Part shown: positions 57,043 to 64,000 of the stretch, piece by piece | How positions within the stretch are numbered: position 1 is the stretch's first letter | Layout: every line of letters begins with the position of its first letter | IMG/VR virus record: IMGVR_UViG_3300031949_000027 | Coordinates: 2,437 to 66,436 of that record | Length of the DNA: 64,000 nucleotides | Reading direction: 5' to 3' (one strand) | Source: a virus | Lineage: Duplodnaviria; Caudoviricetes | Notes under the pieces: generated by a model | Told to the model about the DNA's origin: nothing | The model's input: only the letters and a program-made list of their open reading frames with translations | Database searches by the model: none | Made by a program: the position numbers and the translations under genes

Positions 57043-57970
57043 AATCAATGTTGATAAGAGAGGGAAGATCACAACCGGGATAAAAGCGATCTCGGAAAAG
57101 ACACAAAAGGAATATCCGAAAGCAACGGATTATTTTGTCATTGAGGATTTTCCTGAATTGGTAAAATGTTATGGCGATAAGCCTAAGAAACTTGTTTTGT
57201 TTTTCCCGGATAATGAAATTGAAAGTTTCTTTAGTGCTGATATGGTTCTGTATGGAGGCAACCAAACACTTATCCGTAAATGCGATGGTTCAGAATGTTT
57301 GCACAGAATAGACGAGGAAGTTGCGGGGCAAAAATATGTAGCCGGAGAAATAAGCGAATGTGTTTGCACTCAGTTACCGGAAGATGATAAGAAGCGATGT
57401 AAAGTTGCTACTTATCTCAAAGCCTATGTAGCAGATACCAAAACAGGGAAAATAGAAAATCCATTGTGTTATTTGTTTTACACTGGCTCACGAAACTCAG
57501 CCGAAAATCTTTTCTCGGAATTGAAGAAAATAAGAAATTTACTCGGAGGCAATTTAGTTGGTATTCCTTTCGGTCTATCAGTAGAAATGGTATCAGGGAG
57601 AACAGAAGCAAAACAAAAATTCCCTATTTGGAGTCTCCAAGTATTAGGGACTACAAGCCAATTAAGGGCAGCAATGGAATCTTATCTATTCGATTATAAA
57701 GAAATTCTGAAACTTGATACCGAGAAGATCAATGCTCAATTAGAAGAACATAAACCAGAGAAGGAACTAAGCGAAGACGAAAAAGAAGCAATCAGAATAA
57801 TGACTAATCCTCAATACTGGAATAAAGAAATTCAGAATTTGAAAACCTTAGAAGAAGTGAGTAAATTTGAAAAGAGTTATCACTTAGAACTATCTCAGTT
57901 TGGCGGTGATGATGAGCGGATGATTCAAGCTACTATTGAAGAAAAGAAAAAATCATTTGCTAAAAAATAA
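57023..57970 (+). CDS. Gp3-like (recombination directionality factor-like) protein
   Basis: GKITTGIK...YPKATDYF, CDG...C...C, GSRNS pattern. Confidence 0.6.
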   Translation: MIALRPKINVDKRGKITTGIKAISEKTQKEYPKATDYFVIEDFPELVKCYGDKPKKLVLFFPDNEIESFFSADMVLYGGNQTLIRKCDGSECLHRIDEEVAGQKYVAGEISECVCTQLPEDDKKRCKVATYLKAYVADTKTGKIENPLCYLFYTGSRNSAENLFSELKKIRNLLGGNLVGIPFGLSVEMVSGRTEAKQKFPIWSLQVLGTTSQLRAAMESYLFDYKEILKLDTEKINAQLEEHKPEKELSEDEKEAIRIMTNPQYWNKEIQNLKTLEEVSKFEKSYHLELSQFGGDDERMIQATIEEKKKSFAKK

Positions 57971-58003
57971 TTTATTCATTTATTAAATAATAGGAGAAAT
58001 CTT

Positions 58004-58426
58004 ATGAAACTCAAAACGCTTTTGAGTCAAGTGTATTTTGTGTTACTACTTGTAGCACTAATATTCACGGTGAATTGCAACGGACAGCCTAAATCTGATT
58101 ATGAGATTGGCAGTAACACCGTAGCCGGAGCGGTTCAATACAAGTTCTTTCTTGAAAAGAAGTCTGCTAATCCCTATAAACTACAAGAGGGGATTGACTA
58201 CTTAGACCCCAATGGAGATGGAAACTATTCAGATTCTCTTTCCGCAATAGGGAGTAATACATCACCCTTATTTATAGTAAAACTTGATAATGATGGTTCA
58301 GAATACAGAGTAGCAATTGTAGCCGTAAGCAATGCAGGAATTTACTCAGGGATGGGAATAAATACAGGAAATGTTAATCAATCCCCGAATATCCCGGCAG
58401 GGGTATTTTTTAGGAAAAAGACTTAA
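58004..58426 (+). CDS. Exported protein, FN3/Ig-like
   Basis: Signal peptide ...LIFTVNCNGQ; YRVAIVAVSNAG strand pattern. Confidence 0.6.
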   Translation: MKLKTLLSQVYFVLLLVALIFTVNCNGQPKSDYEIGSNTVAGAVQYKFFLEKKSANPYKLQEGIDYLDPNGDGNYSDSLSAIGSNTSPLFIVKLDNDGSEYRVAIVAVSNAGIYSGMGINTGNVNQSPNIPAGVFFRKKT

Positions 58427-58854
58427 TGCTACCGTTCTTCATTGGAGCATGGTTGACTATTTCAACAGTTTTAACCTCCGATTTGGTTGAATGGCAGCCA
58501 TCGCTCCAGAGCGGTATAATTCTGATCGAGTTCAATGAAACATCAGGAGGCAATCATCCAAGTATGACGGATATCAACAATTATACAATAGTTGATAGTG
58601 AAGGTAAAATATATAGGAAAGATGCAATAGCAAGGATTATAAAAATAACTGATGATGCAGGAGAAATTATTCCTTCTTATTCAACGATCATTGCCTTAAA
58701 GTGTGAAAGATTGAAATACAAAACAAGCTATGCAATTTTAGTTCAAGGAATAAGAAACAGATCAGGAGAGTTACAGCAACCCGATACATCTTATTATTAT
58801 TTTAATGGATATGCACCAAACTTAATCAATACACCAGATGCAACGCTCAGATGA
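58426..58854 (+). CDS. Exported Ig-like protein
   Basis: Hydrophobic N-terminus; IEFNE...NYTI...YAILVQGIRN pattern. Confidence 0.5.
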   Translation: MLPFFIGAWLTISTVLTSDLVEWQPSLQSGIILIEFNETSGGNHPSMTDINNYTIVDSEGKIYRKDAIARIIKITDDAGEIIPSYSTIIALKCERLKYKTSYAILVQGIRNRSGELQQPDTSYYYFNGYAPNLINTPDATLR

Positions 58855-59051
58855 ATCTGATCAGATATATAGTTAAAATTTATAGACCATACAGGGAGAA
58901 TAAATCAGTAATTGCAGCAGAAGTTACTATGGTTGTCTATGAATCAAATAAACGAAAAGCACTTGATGTAGTAGAAAATAGATATAAGGATTTTGTTTTA
59001 ATTTCAATTGAAAATTCTTTTAAGTATGAAACTAAACTTTTGGCACTTTAA
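58851..59051 (+). CDS. Hypothetical protein
   Basis: 66-aa ATGA-coupled ORF. Confidence 0.6.
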   Translation: MNLIRYIVKIYRPYRENKSVIAAEVTMVVYESNKRKALDVVENRYKDFVLISIENSFKYETKLLAL

Positions 59052-59090
59052 CTAATAGAACCAACCAACAAATAAAAGGAGTATAGAATT

Positions 59091-59537
59091 ATGGCAAAGC
59101 AGAAGAAGAAACGAAACCCCAACAAACTCGGACCGAAATTAGTTGAAAAGAAAACTAAGAAAAAAGCCGAGAAGCCTTCCGAAAAACCTGCTGACGTAAC
59201 AACAATGACTCACGTTCAGGTGATTAGCCGTCAGCGAGAATTAACCACAAAAGAAACGGCAGATTGTGGAGGAGAACTCGCAACAAAAGAACTTCAACTC
59301 GATCAGGTTAGGAAAGAGAAGAAGGAGTCAGACCGGGAATTTGATAACACGATCAAAGACCATCTTAGTAACATTATGCGGTTATCTCTGGCTATTGATA
59401 CCGGGATAATGACAACCAATGTTGAATGTGAAGTTGTCCTTGATCGGGCGAAAGAGAAGAAAACCTGCTATCCTAAAGATGGCAGCGAAAGTTTTGTTTT
59501 ACCAATGACAACGGATGATTTTGACCTCCTGACCTAA
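59091..59537 (+). CDS. Conserved phage coiled-coil protein
   Basis: AAGGAG RBS; GGELA...VECEV...PMT pattern. Confidence 0.7.
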   Translation: MAKQKKKRNPNKLGPKLVEKKTKKKAEKPSEKPADVTTMTHVQVISRQRELTTKETADCGGELATKELQLDQVRKEKKESDREFDNTIKDHLSNIMRLSLAIDTGIMTTNVECEVVLDRAKEKKTCYPKDGSESFVLPMTTDDFDLLT

Positions 59538-59538
59538 A

Positions 59539-61434
59539 GTGGAAGAAGTCAAAGAAATAGTAAAGCAATCCATCAGGGAACTTGCCGGAGTATGTAACTA
59601 TGCAAGTTCTCTTGATGGTTTGGGATTCAGCAAAGTAGATACTGTTTTTGGGCACTCTCTTGCACAGCAGGAAGATTGGACTCCGAAACAATTAAAATCA
59701 GCCTGTAATCTTGTAATTAAATATCAGGGACAGTTATCAGGGATTGATAAAGAAAAAGTAAAGGAACTAATGAACTCGCTGGAAGAAAAAATACAAAAAG
59801 ATTCAGTTGCAAAGTTGGCAGATATGAAAGTTAACCTGCTTACTGATCGGAACGGTGGTAAGAGATTAGCTGTAACCTTCCCCTATGACCGGGACACACT
59901 GGAAAAGATTAAAACTCTGGAAGGTAGAAGATGGAACCCCGATTTCCTTCGTTGGGAATTACCTATAATGAATCTGCCAAGATTAAAAGAACTGTTTCCA
60001 TTAGCGACATTTTCAGACGGATTAAAAGAACTGGAAGAAGCTCAGGAACAGAAAGACCAGATGATTATTGAAGAATTCAAAAAGATTGTTGCGGATCTCG
60101 ATTTGACAAAACCGTTACTGAATGGTAAGACACTCTTTAAGCATCAAAGAGATGGAATATTGAGGATGCTGAAATACCGGAGACAGATCCTTGCAGACGA
60201 TATGGGATTGGGAAAAACACTACAAGCATTAGTAGTAGCCAAAGAATTATCCGAGCGATACGGATGGTATGTGATAATAATTTGTCCTGTTTCTCTTAAA
60301 GAAATTTGGGAGAGAGAAGCCAAATCATTAAAAATATCTAAGTTAAAATTCTCGGTTCATTCTTGGGCTAAAATACCAGCTCCTCCACCAAAAGAATATA
60401 TGATGATTGCTGATGAAGCACATTACGCACAGGCGGGGATAAAGACATTGAGAGGGAAAGCCTTTCTTACACTTGCAGACAGCGATAATTGCAGAGCTTG
60501 TTATTGTTTAACCGGCACACCAATAAAGAACGGCAGACCGATTAACATATTCCCACTGCTACAAGCTACAAAACACGAACTCGCAAAAGATACAAGATAT
60601 TTTCAATTAAGATTTTGTAATGCTCACCTTCGACAAATAGGCAGGAGGAACAAGAAGCAATTTTGGGACGTTACTGGTTCATCACATCTTGACGAACTTA
60701 ACCAGAAGGTAAAGACAGTAATGATACGAAGAACAAAAACAGAGTGCCTTGACCTACCGGAGAAATTAAGAGTATTGAGAGAAGCAGAACTATCAAAGGA
60801 ATCAATAGAAGTTTATAATACAACGCTGAATAAACTCCGAACAACATATCAGGAACGATTAAAGAAAGGCGAGATTAAAGAGGGCGGGGAAGAAATGATA
60901 ATGTTGCAGCACTTGGCACACGCAGGAGCAATAGGAAAAATAGAAACGGCTTATGAACTTGCTGAAGAAGTAATCGAAGAAGGCAATCAGGTAGCAATAT
61001 ATTCAACCTTTATTGAACCACTAAAAACATTAAGAGATAAATTCTTAAAAGAAAATATCCCGGTAGATATGCTGATAGGTGAAACCAAAGACCGGCAGAA
61101 GCTCGTAGATAACTTTTTGGCAGGTAAGAGCAGAGTCTTTCTGTTAAGTTCAGCAGGAGGGGTGGGAATAGACCTTTACACAGCAACCACAATCATATTG
61201 ATTAACCGGGCTTGGACCCCGGGAGACGTGGTTCAGATTGAGGACAGGCTACACAGGATAGGGCAGCAAAATGCCGTAACAAGTGTTTGGTTACAATACG
61301 GTGAAGTTGACAAGCATGTAGATGCTGTATTGGAGAGTAAGAGTATGAACATATCCGAAGTGCTAAAGAACAAATCTACCGGAGCTGATGATATAATAAC
61401 GTTTGCAAAGAAATTCTTTAAGAAAGAAGATTGA
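59539..61434 (+). CDS. SNF2-family helicase with HARP-like domain (SMARCAL1-like)
   Basis: LADDMGLGKT, DEAH, LTGTP, QIEDRLHRIGQ; FPYD...IKTLEGRRWNP...W. Confidence 0.9.
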   Translation: MEEVKEIVKQSIRELAGVCNYASSLDGLGFSKVDTVFGHSLAQQEDWTPKQLKSACNLVIKYQGQLSGIDKEKVKELMNSLEEKIQKDSVAKLADMKVNLLTDRNGGKRLAVTFPYDRDTLEKIKTLEGRRWNPDFLRWELPIMNLPRLKELFPLATFSDGLKELEEAQEQKDQMIIEEFKKIVADLDLTKPLLNGKTLFKHQRDGILRMLKYRRQILADDMGLGKTLQALVVAKELSERYGWYVIIICPVSLKEIWEREAKSLKISKLKFSVHSWAKIPAPPPKEYMMIADEAHYAQAGIKTLRGKAFLTLADSDNCRACYCLTGTPIKNGRPINIFPLLQATKHELAKDTRYFQLRFCNAHLRQIGRRNKKQFWDVTGSSHLDELNQKVKTVMIRRTKTECLDLPEKLRVLREAELSKESIEVYNTTLNKLRTTYQERLKKGEIKEGGEEMIMLQHLAHAGAIGKIETAYELAEEVIEEGNQVAIYSTFIEPLKTLRDKFLKENIPVDMLIGETKDRQKLVDNFLAGKSRVFLLSSAGGVGIDLYTATTIILINRAWTPGDVVQIEDRLHRIGQQNAVTSVWLQYGEVDKHVDAVLESKSMNISEVLKNKSTGADDIITFAKKFFKKED

Positions 61435-61437
61435 TAA

Positions 61438-61677
61438 ATGCGTCTTAAAAAAATAAAACTACGAGATAGCTTAGAAGAAACAATCATATCGGAATTTGAA
61501 AAAACTTATTCTCAAACTTCCGGCATAGCTGTCAACATTTATTATTCTAAGAAAAGAAAAAAATGGGTAGCGTATTGTTTTGACTCTAAGAAGATTGAAG
61601 ACCCCGACCTAATTACATTGTTAGGGAAAATGACAGATTATATAAACAAGAGAAAATATAAATTTGTGAAAGAATAG
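61438..61677 (+). CDS. Hypothetical protein
   Basis: 79-aa ORF. Confidence 0.6.
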   Translation: MRLKKIKLRDSLEETIISEFEKTYSQTSGIAVNIYYSKKRKKWVAYCFDSKKIEDPDLITLLGKMTDYINKRKYKFVKE

Positions 61678-61678
61678 T

Positions 61679-61710
61679 TTGCATCTTAACAAAACAAAAT
61701 ATAGTTTTAG
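61679..61710 (+). promoter_or_regulatory. Promoter TTGCAT-N17-TAGTTTTAG
   Basis: Same layout as the other promoters; followed by CACA. Confidence 0.4.
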
Positions 61711-61726
61711 CACAGGAATTAAACTT

Positions 61727-61782
61727 GTTGGGCGAGATAAGGAATTATAGGCATCAATAAGCCCAACTGTTGATGCTTTTTT
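61727..61782 (+). promoter_or_regulatory. Leader with terminator and pseudoknot-type pairing
   Basis: GTTGGGC 61727-33 complementary to GCCCAAC 61761-67, which lies in the loop of GCATCAA / TTGATGC followed by T6. Confidence 0.45.
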
Positions 61783-61788
61783 CATTTT

Positions 61789-62307
61789 ATGACGGAGATT
61801 GATATGGAAAAATTCTATAACCTACCACACCATAACCAAGCATTTAACAACCAAAAGATTCAAAAATATTTGAGCAAATTTTCTGAAGAAGATAAATTTT
61901 GTTTCTATGGGATATTCTGGATTCTTATGGAAATGTTTCATCAGGAAAACAATAAAATTTCACTACCAGTATTAAATACGAAAATAGCCGAATACCAACC
62001 TTATACAGGAGGACACGGTTTTCTTACTCAACTAAAAGACGCATTAAACATTATGATTGAGGTAGGACTGATAGAAAAAGAAATAACAGATGATAAAGAA
62101 TATACAGAATATTATTATTCACCATATCAAAGATTAGTATTACAATCAAAAGCAAATCACCAGAGCAAACTATCAGAGACAAATCAAAAATTAAATAATA
62201 AAGTAACCGAGCAGGAAGGACTAATCAAGAGACTGAATGACAAAATAGATTTCCTAAAATCAGACAAAAAACAGATCAAAGAAAAAATTATAAAGACAAA
62301 ATTTTAA
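61789..62307 (+). CDS. DUF4373-like replication-associated protein
   Basis: FYGIFWILMEMF motif, upstream of the initiator. Confidence 0.5.
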   Translation: MTEIDMEKFYNLPHHNQAFNNQKIQKYLSKFSEEDKFCFYGIFWILMEMFHQENNKISLPVLNTKIAEYQPYTGGHGFLTQLKDALNIMIEVGLIEKEITDDKEYTEYYYSPYQRLVLQSKANHQSKLSETNQKLNNKVTEQEGLIKRLNDKIDFLKSDKKQIKEKIIKTKF

Positions 62308-62331
62308 TATAATTAACACAAGAGAATCACA

Positions 62332-63096
62332 ATGCCGAGAGGAAGAATCTTGAATAAGAAGATAAGTTTTGATGAAGTTGTAGCGAAACTCACGCTCAAG
62401 TCAGCCCTTTTTTTCACTTGGAGCATCCCTCATCTTGATGTTGGAGGGAAAATTTTAGGTGATCTTAACTATTTGAAGGGCAACATAGTTCCATATCGCA
62501 ATGATATTTCGGTCAAAGACATACAGAAATGTATTGATGAACTTGAAGAATATGGACTGGTTATCGTTTATGGGGACAACCATAAGTATTTGAAATTTAA
62601 GGGGTTTGAGAAGAATCAAACAGTCAACATAGACAAGGAAGCAAAATCAGAAATACCAGATCCCGCTCCAGAGTTAAGCCAGAGCAACGCCGGAGAAACT
62701 CCCGGTAAAGTAAAAGAGAAAGTAAAAGAGAAAGTAAAAGAGAAAGAGGAAACCCCTCATCCCCTCTCTCTCTTTATTAAAGAAAATTTATTATCAGTGA
62801 GTAAACTTGAAAAACAATTAACTGAATCAGACTGTATAAAATTATATGGCGAATATTCAGATAAGCTATTGATGGAAGTTTTACAGGATATGGATAACTA
62901 CAAACCATTACTAAAAAAATATAAATCAGTAAATCTAACTTTACGCAAGTGGTTGAAAATCAGAGAGGAGCGGAGAAATGGCAACGAAGAAAAAGGAGGA
63001 GATAATATCAATTGGGGCAGGCATAGAAAAGGCGATCTCGATATTAGTAAATACGCAAGAGAACTCGCAACAGAAACTCCTGCAAAAGAGAAATAA
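62332..63096 (+). CDS. Phage replication initiator (replisome-organiser type)
   Basis: MPRGRILNKKI...FFTWSIPHLDVGG N-terminal domain, repeat linker, C-terminal helical domain. Confidence 0.75.
   Translation: MPRGRILNKKISFDEVVAKLTLKSALFFTWSIPHLDVGGKILGDLNYLKGNIVPYRNDISVKDIQKCIDELEEYGLVIVYGDNHKYLKFKGFEKNQTVNIDKEAKSEIPDPAPELSQSNAGETPGKVKEKVKEKVKEKEETPHPLSLFIKENLLSVSKLEKQLTESDCIKLYGEYSDKLLMEVLQDMDNYKPLLKKYKSVNLTLRKWLKIREERRNGNEEKGGDNINWGRHRKGDLDISKYARELATETPAKEK
62707..62742 (+). repeat. 3 x 12-bp tandem repeat AAAGTAAAAGAG (iteron candidate)
   Basis: Three exact copies; adjacent inverted repeat 62737-49 / 62763-75 (12/13). Confidence 0.7.
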
Positions 63097-63610
63097 AAAA
63101 CCGTATCTCAATTGGCTACCGGAAGAATACAAAACCAAATATGAGTCAACGGATCTATTATATTCTTTTTGTGTAGAAATATTCAGCAGGGTTGAAACAA
63201 ATATGCGAGAGGATATTCCAGAGACCACAATGCGATCTTGGTTTATCGAATTTATAAAAGCGGGCTGGACCAAGCAGATAGTTCAGCGAAGGTATAAAGG
63301 TTTAATCAGGAAGCCCAAGTTTGGTTCAATAGATTTCAGTAATTGGGTAAATGCTGTTCCGGTTTACGCAGAAGATGAAATTATGATATTAGTAGGTCAA
63401 AGAATGGATGCTATCATCAAGAAGGGAGAACAATTAATAAAAAACAAGGTTAAGATTCTTTCACTTACAGATGAAGAAAAGAGAATAATAGAAGTAACAC
63501 TTTCAAATGAATTGAAAGCCATAATGCTAAATGAAAGACTCAGAGCAATAGATGATTATAAAGATAAAAGGAGAGAGCGGTTGCGAAATAAAATGAAAGG
63601 AGATAAGTAG
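62978..63610 (+). CDS. Helicase-loader-like partner of the initiator (putative)
   Basis: GAGGAG/GGAG RBS; overlaps the initiator by 119 nt; lambda O/P-like synteny. Confidence 0.5.
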   Translation: MATKKKEEIISIGAGIEKAISILVNTQENSQQKLLQKRNKKPYLNWLPEEYKTKYESTDLLYSFCVEIFSRVETNMREDIPETTMRSWFIEFIKAGWTKQIVQRRYKGLIRKPKFGSIDFSNWVNAVPVYAEDEIMILVGQRMDAIIKKGEQLIKNKVKILSLTDEEKRIIEVTLSNELKAIMLNERLRAIDDYKDKRRERLRNKMKGDK

Positions 63611-63676
63611 CCTCCGGGTTTTGAGTTGGGACTAATGAAACAGTTTCCGACAAGGCAACAAATAACGGAGGTTTTT
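63610..63676 (+). terminator. Nested-hairpin terminator
   Basis: GCCTCCG / CGGAGGT outer stem plus T run; inner GTTGGGA / TTCCGAC stem. Confidence 0.5.
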
Positions 63677-63683
63677 ATTTAAG

Positions 63684-63806
63684 GTATAACAGGATGGAAA
63701 CTAACCGGCTGCCCGGAATAAGGAATTAAGTTTTATGAACAAACAAATTAAAATAAATAGTATCAACCGAGATTGTGAAAGCAGTCCGGTTGAGTTTTTG
63801 TTATAT
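63684..63806. other. attC-like imperfect palindrome (123 nt)
   Basis: GTATAAC...AACCGGCTGC and GCAGTCCGGTT...GTTATAT arms with single extrahelical bases. Confidence 0.5.
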
Positions 63807-63823
63807 TTGTTTTTGGCGGGCAG

Positions 63824-64000
63824 ATGCCTCTTTTAATAAAAACATATTTGAAGGAAGTAGAGGGGAAGGGACAGAGTTTGTTTGCCAAAGAATTTATTAA
63901 ACAAGGAACTAAAATTTATGAGGATAATCCTTTGTTGGATAGAATATTAGAAAAGCAAGAAGTTGAGAAATTACATTCAGTAATAAAAGAGTTTGTAGAA
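63824..64000 (+). CDS. SET-domain protein, 5' part (runs off the window; absent from track)
   Basis: MPLLIKTYLKEVEGKGQSLFAKEFIKQGTKIY resembles the SET N-terminus G.GLFA...I.KG..I. Confidence 0.6.
   Translation, partial: MPLLIKTYLKEVEGKGQSLFAKEFIKQGTKIYEDNPLLDRILEKQEVEKLHSVIKEFVE

Larger units (their letters stand above)
1..64000 (+). mobile_element. Tailed phage genome segment (P22-like podovirus architecture); prophage versus free phage undetermined
   Basis: terS-terL-portal-scaffold-capsid-tail-lysis-ejection-replication modules, all co-oriented; no recognisable host housekeeping operon. Confidence 0.95.

Noticed and set aside
13985-57699. Other plus-strand alternative-frame ORFs (13985, 15032, 16821, 23819, 33890, 51037, 57466)
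   Set aside because: No convincing RBS, they overlap constrained domains, and the products look random
271-63273. All minus-strand ORFs in the track
   Set aside because: They are antisense shadows of A-rich plus-strand genes (F/L/S/I-rich), with no RBS or family motifs; purine-poor antisense frames have few stops
1-64000. tRNA, rRNA, self-splicing introns, inteins and stop-codon recoding
   Set aside because: No cloverleaf or rRNA-like tracts in the short intergenic gaps; core genes are uninterrupted under code 11. By-eye inspection only; tRNAscan and Infernal were not run

Overview
The whole window is a tailed-phage (Caudoviricetes) genome segment with P22-like, short-tail architecture. Every credible gene is on the + strand, and no integrase, repressor, tRNA or CRISPR array was seen. 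Gene order: (1) nucleotide/DNA-modification genes; (2) a promoter-driven block of small early genes ending in an LPD29-like protein; (3) terS, terL and a P22-like portal; (4) an accessory block with KhpA and a glycan-modification cassette; (5) scaffold, major capsid and tail genes; (6) lysis genes; (7) ejection proteins, including a 4645-aa polyvalent protein; (8) recombination and replication genes; (9) an attC-like element and a partial SET-domain gene. Promoters of the form TTGnnn-N16/17-TAnnTTT(G), together with Shine-Dalgarno use, suggest an FCB-group host such as Ignavibacteria (inference). The most unusual signals are absent from or unexplained by the ORF track. First, a 43-aa microprotein after the portal repeats portal residues 397-421 with almost only synonymous changes. 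Second, two RBS-bearing genes are nested in the +1 frame of the giant gene. Third, a short motif (LRxxVxxKLNL) is shared by one nested gene and two small pre-capsid genes. Fourth, one of those pre-capsid genes also copies the capsid N-terminus. Fifth, a candidate sRNA is antisense to early-gene leaders. All family assignments come from motif recognition by eye; no database searches were run.
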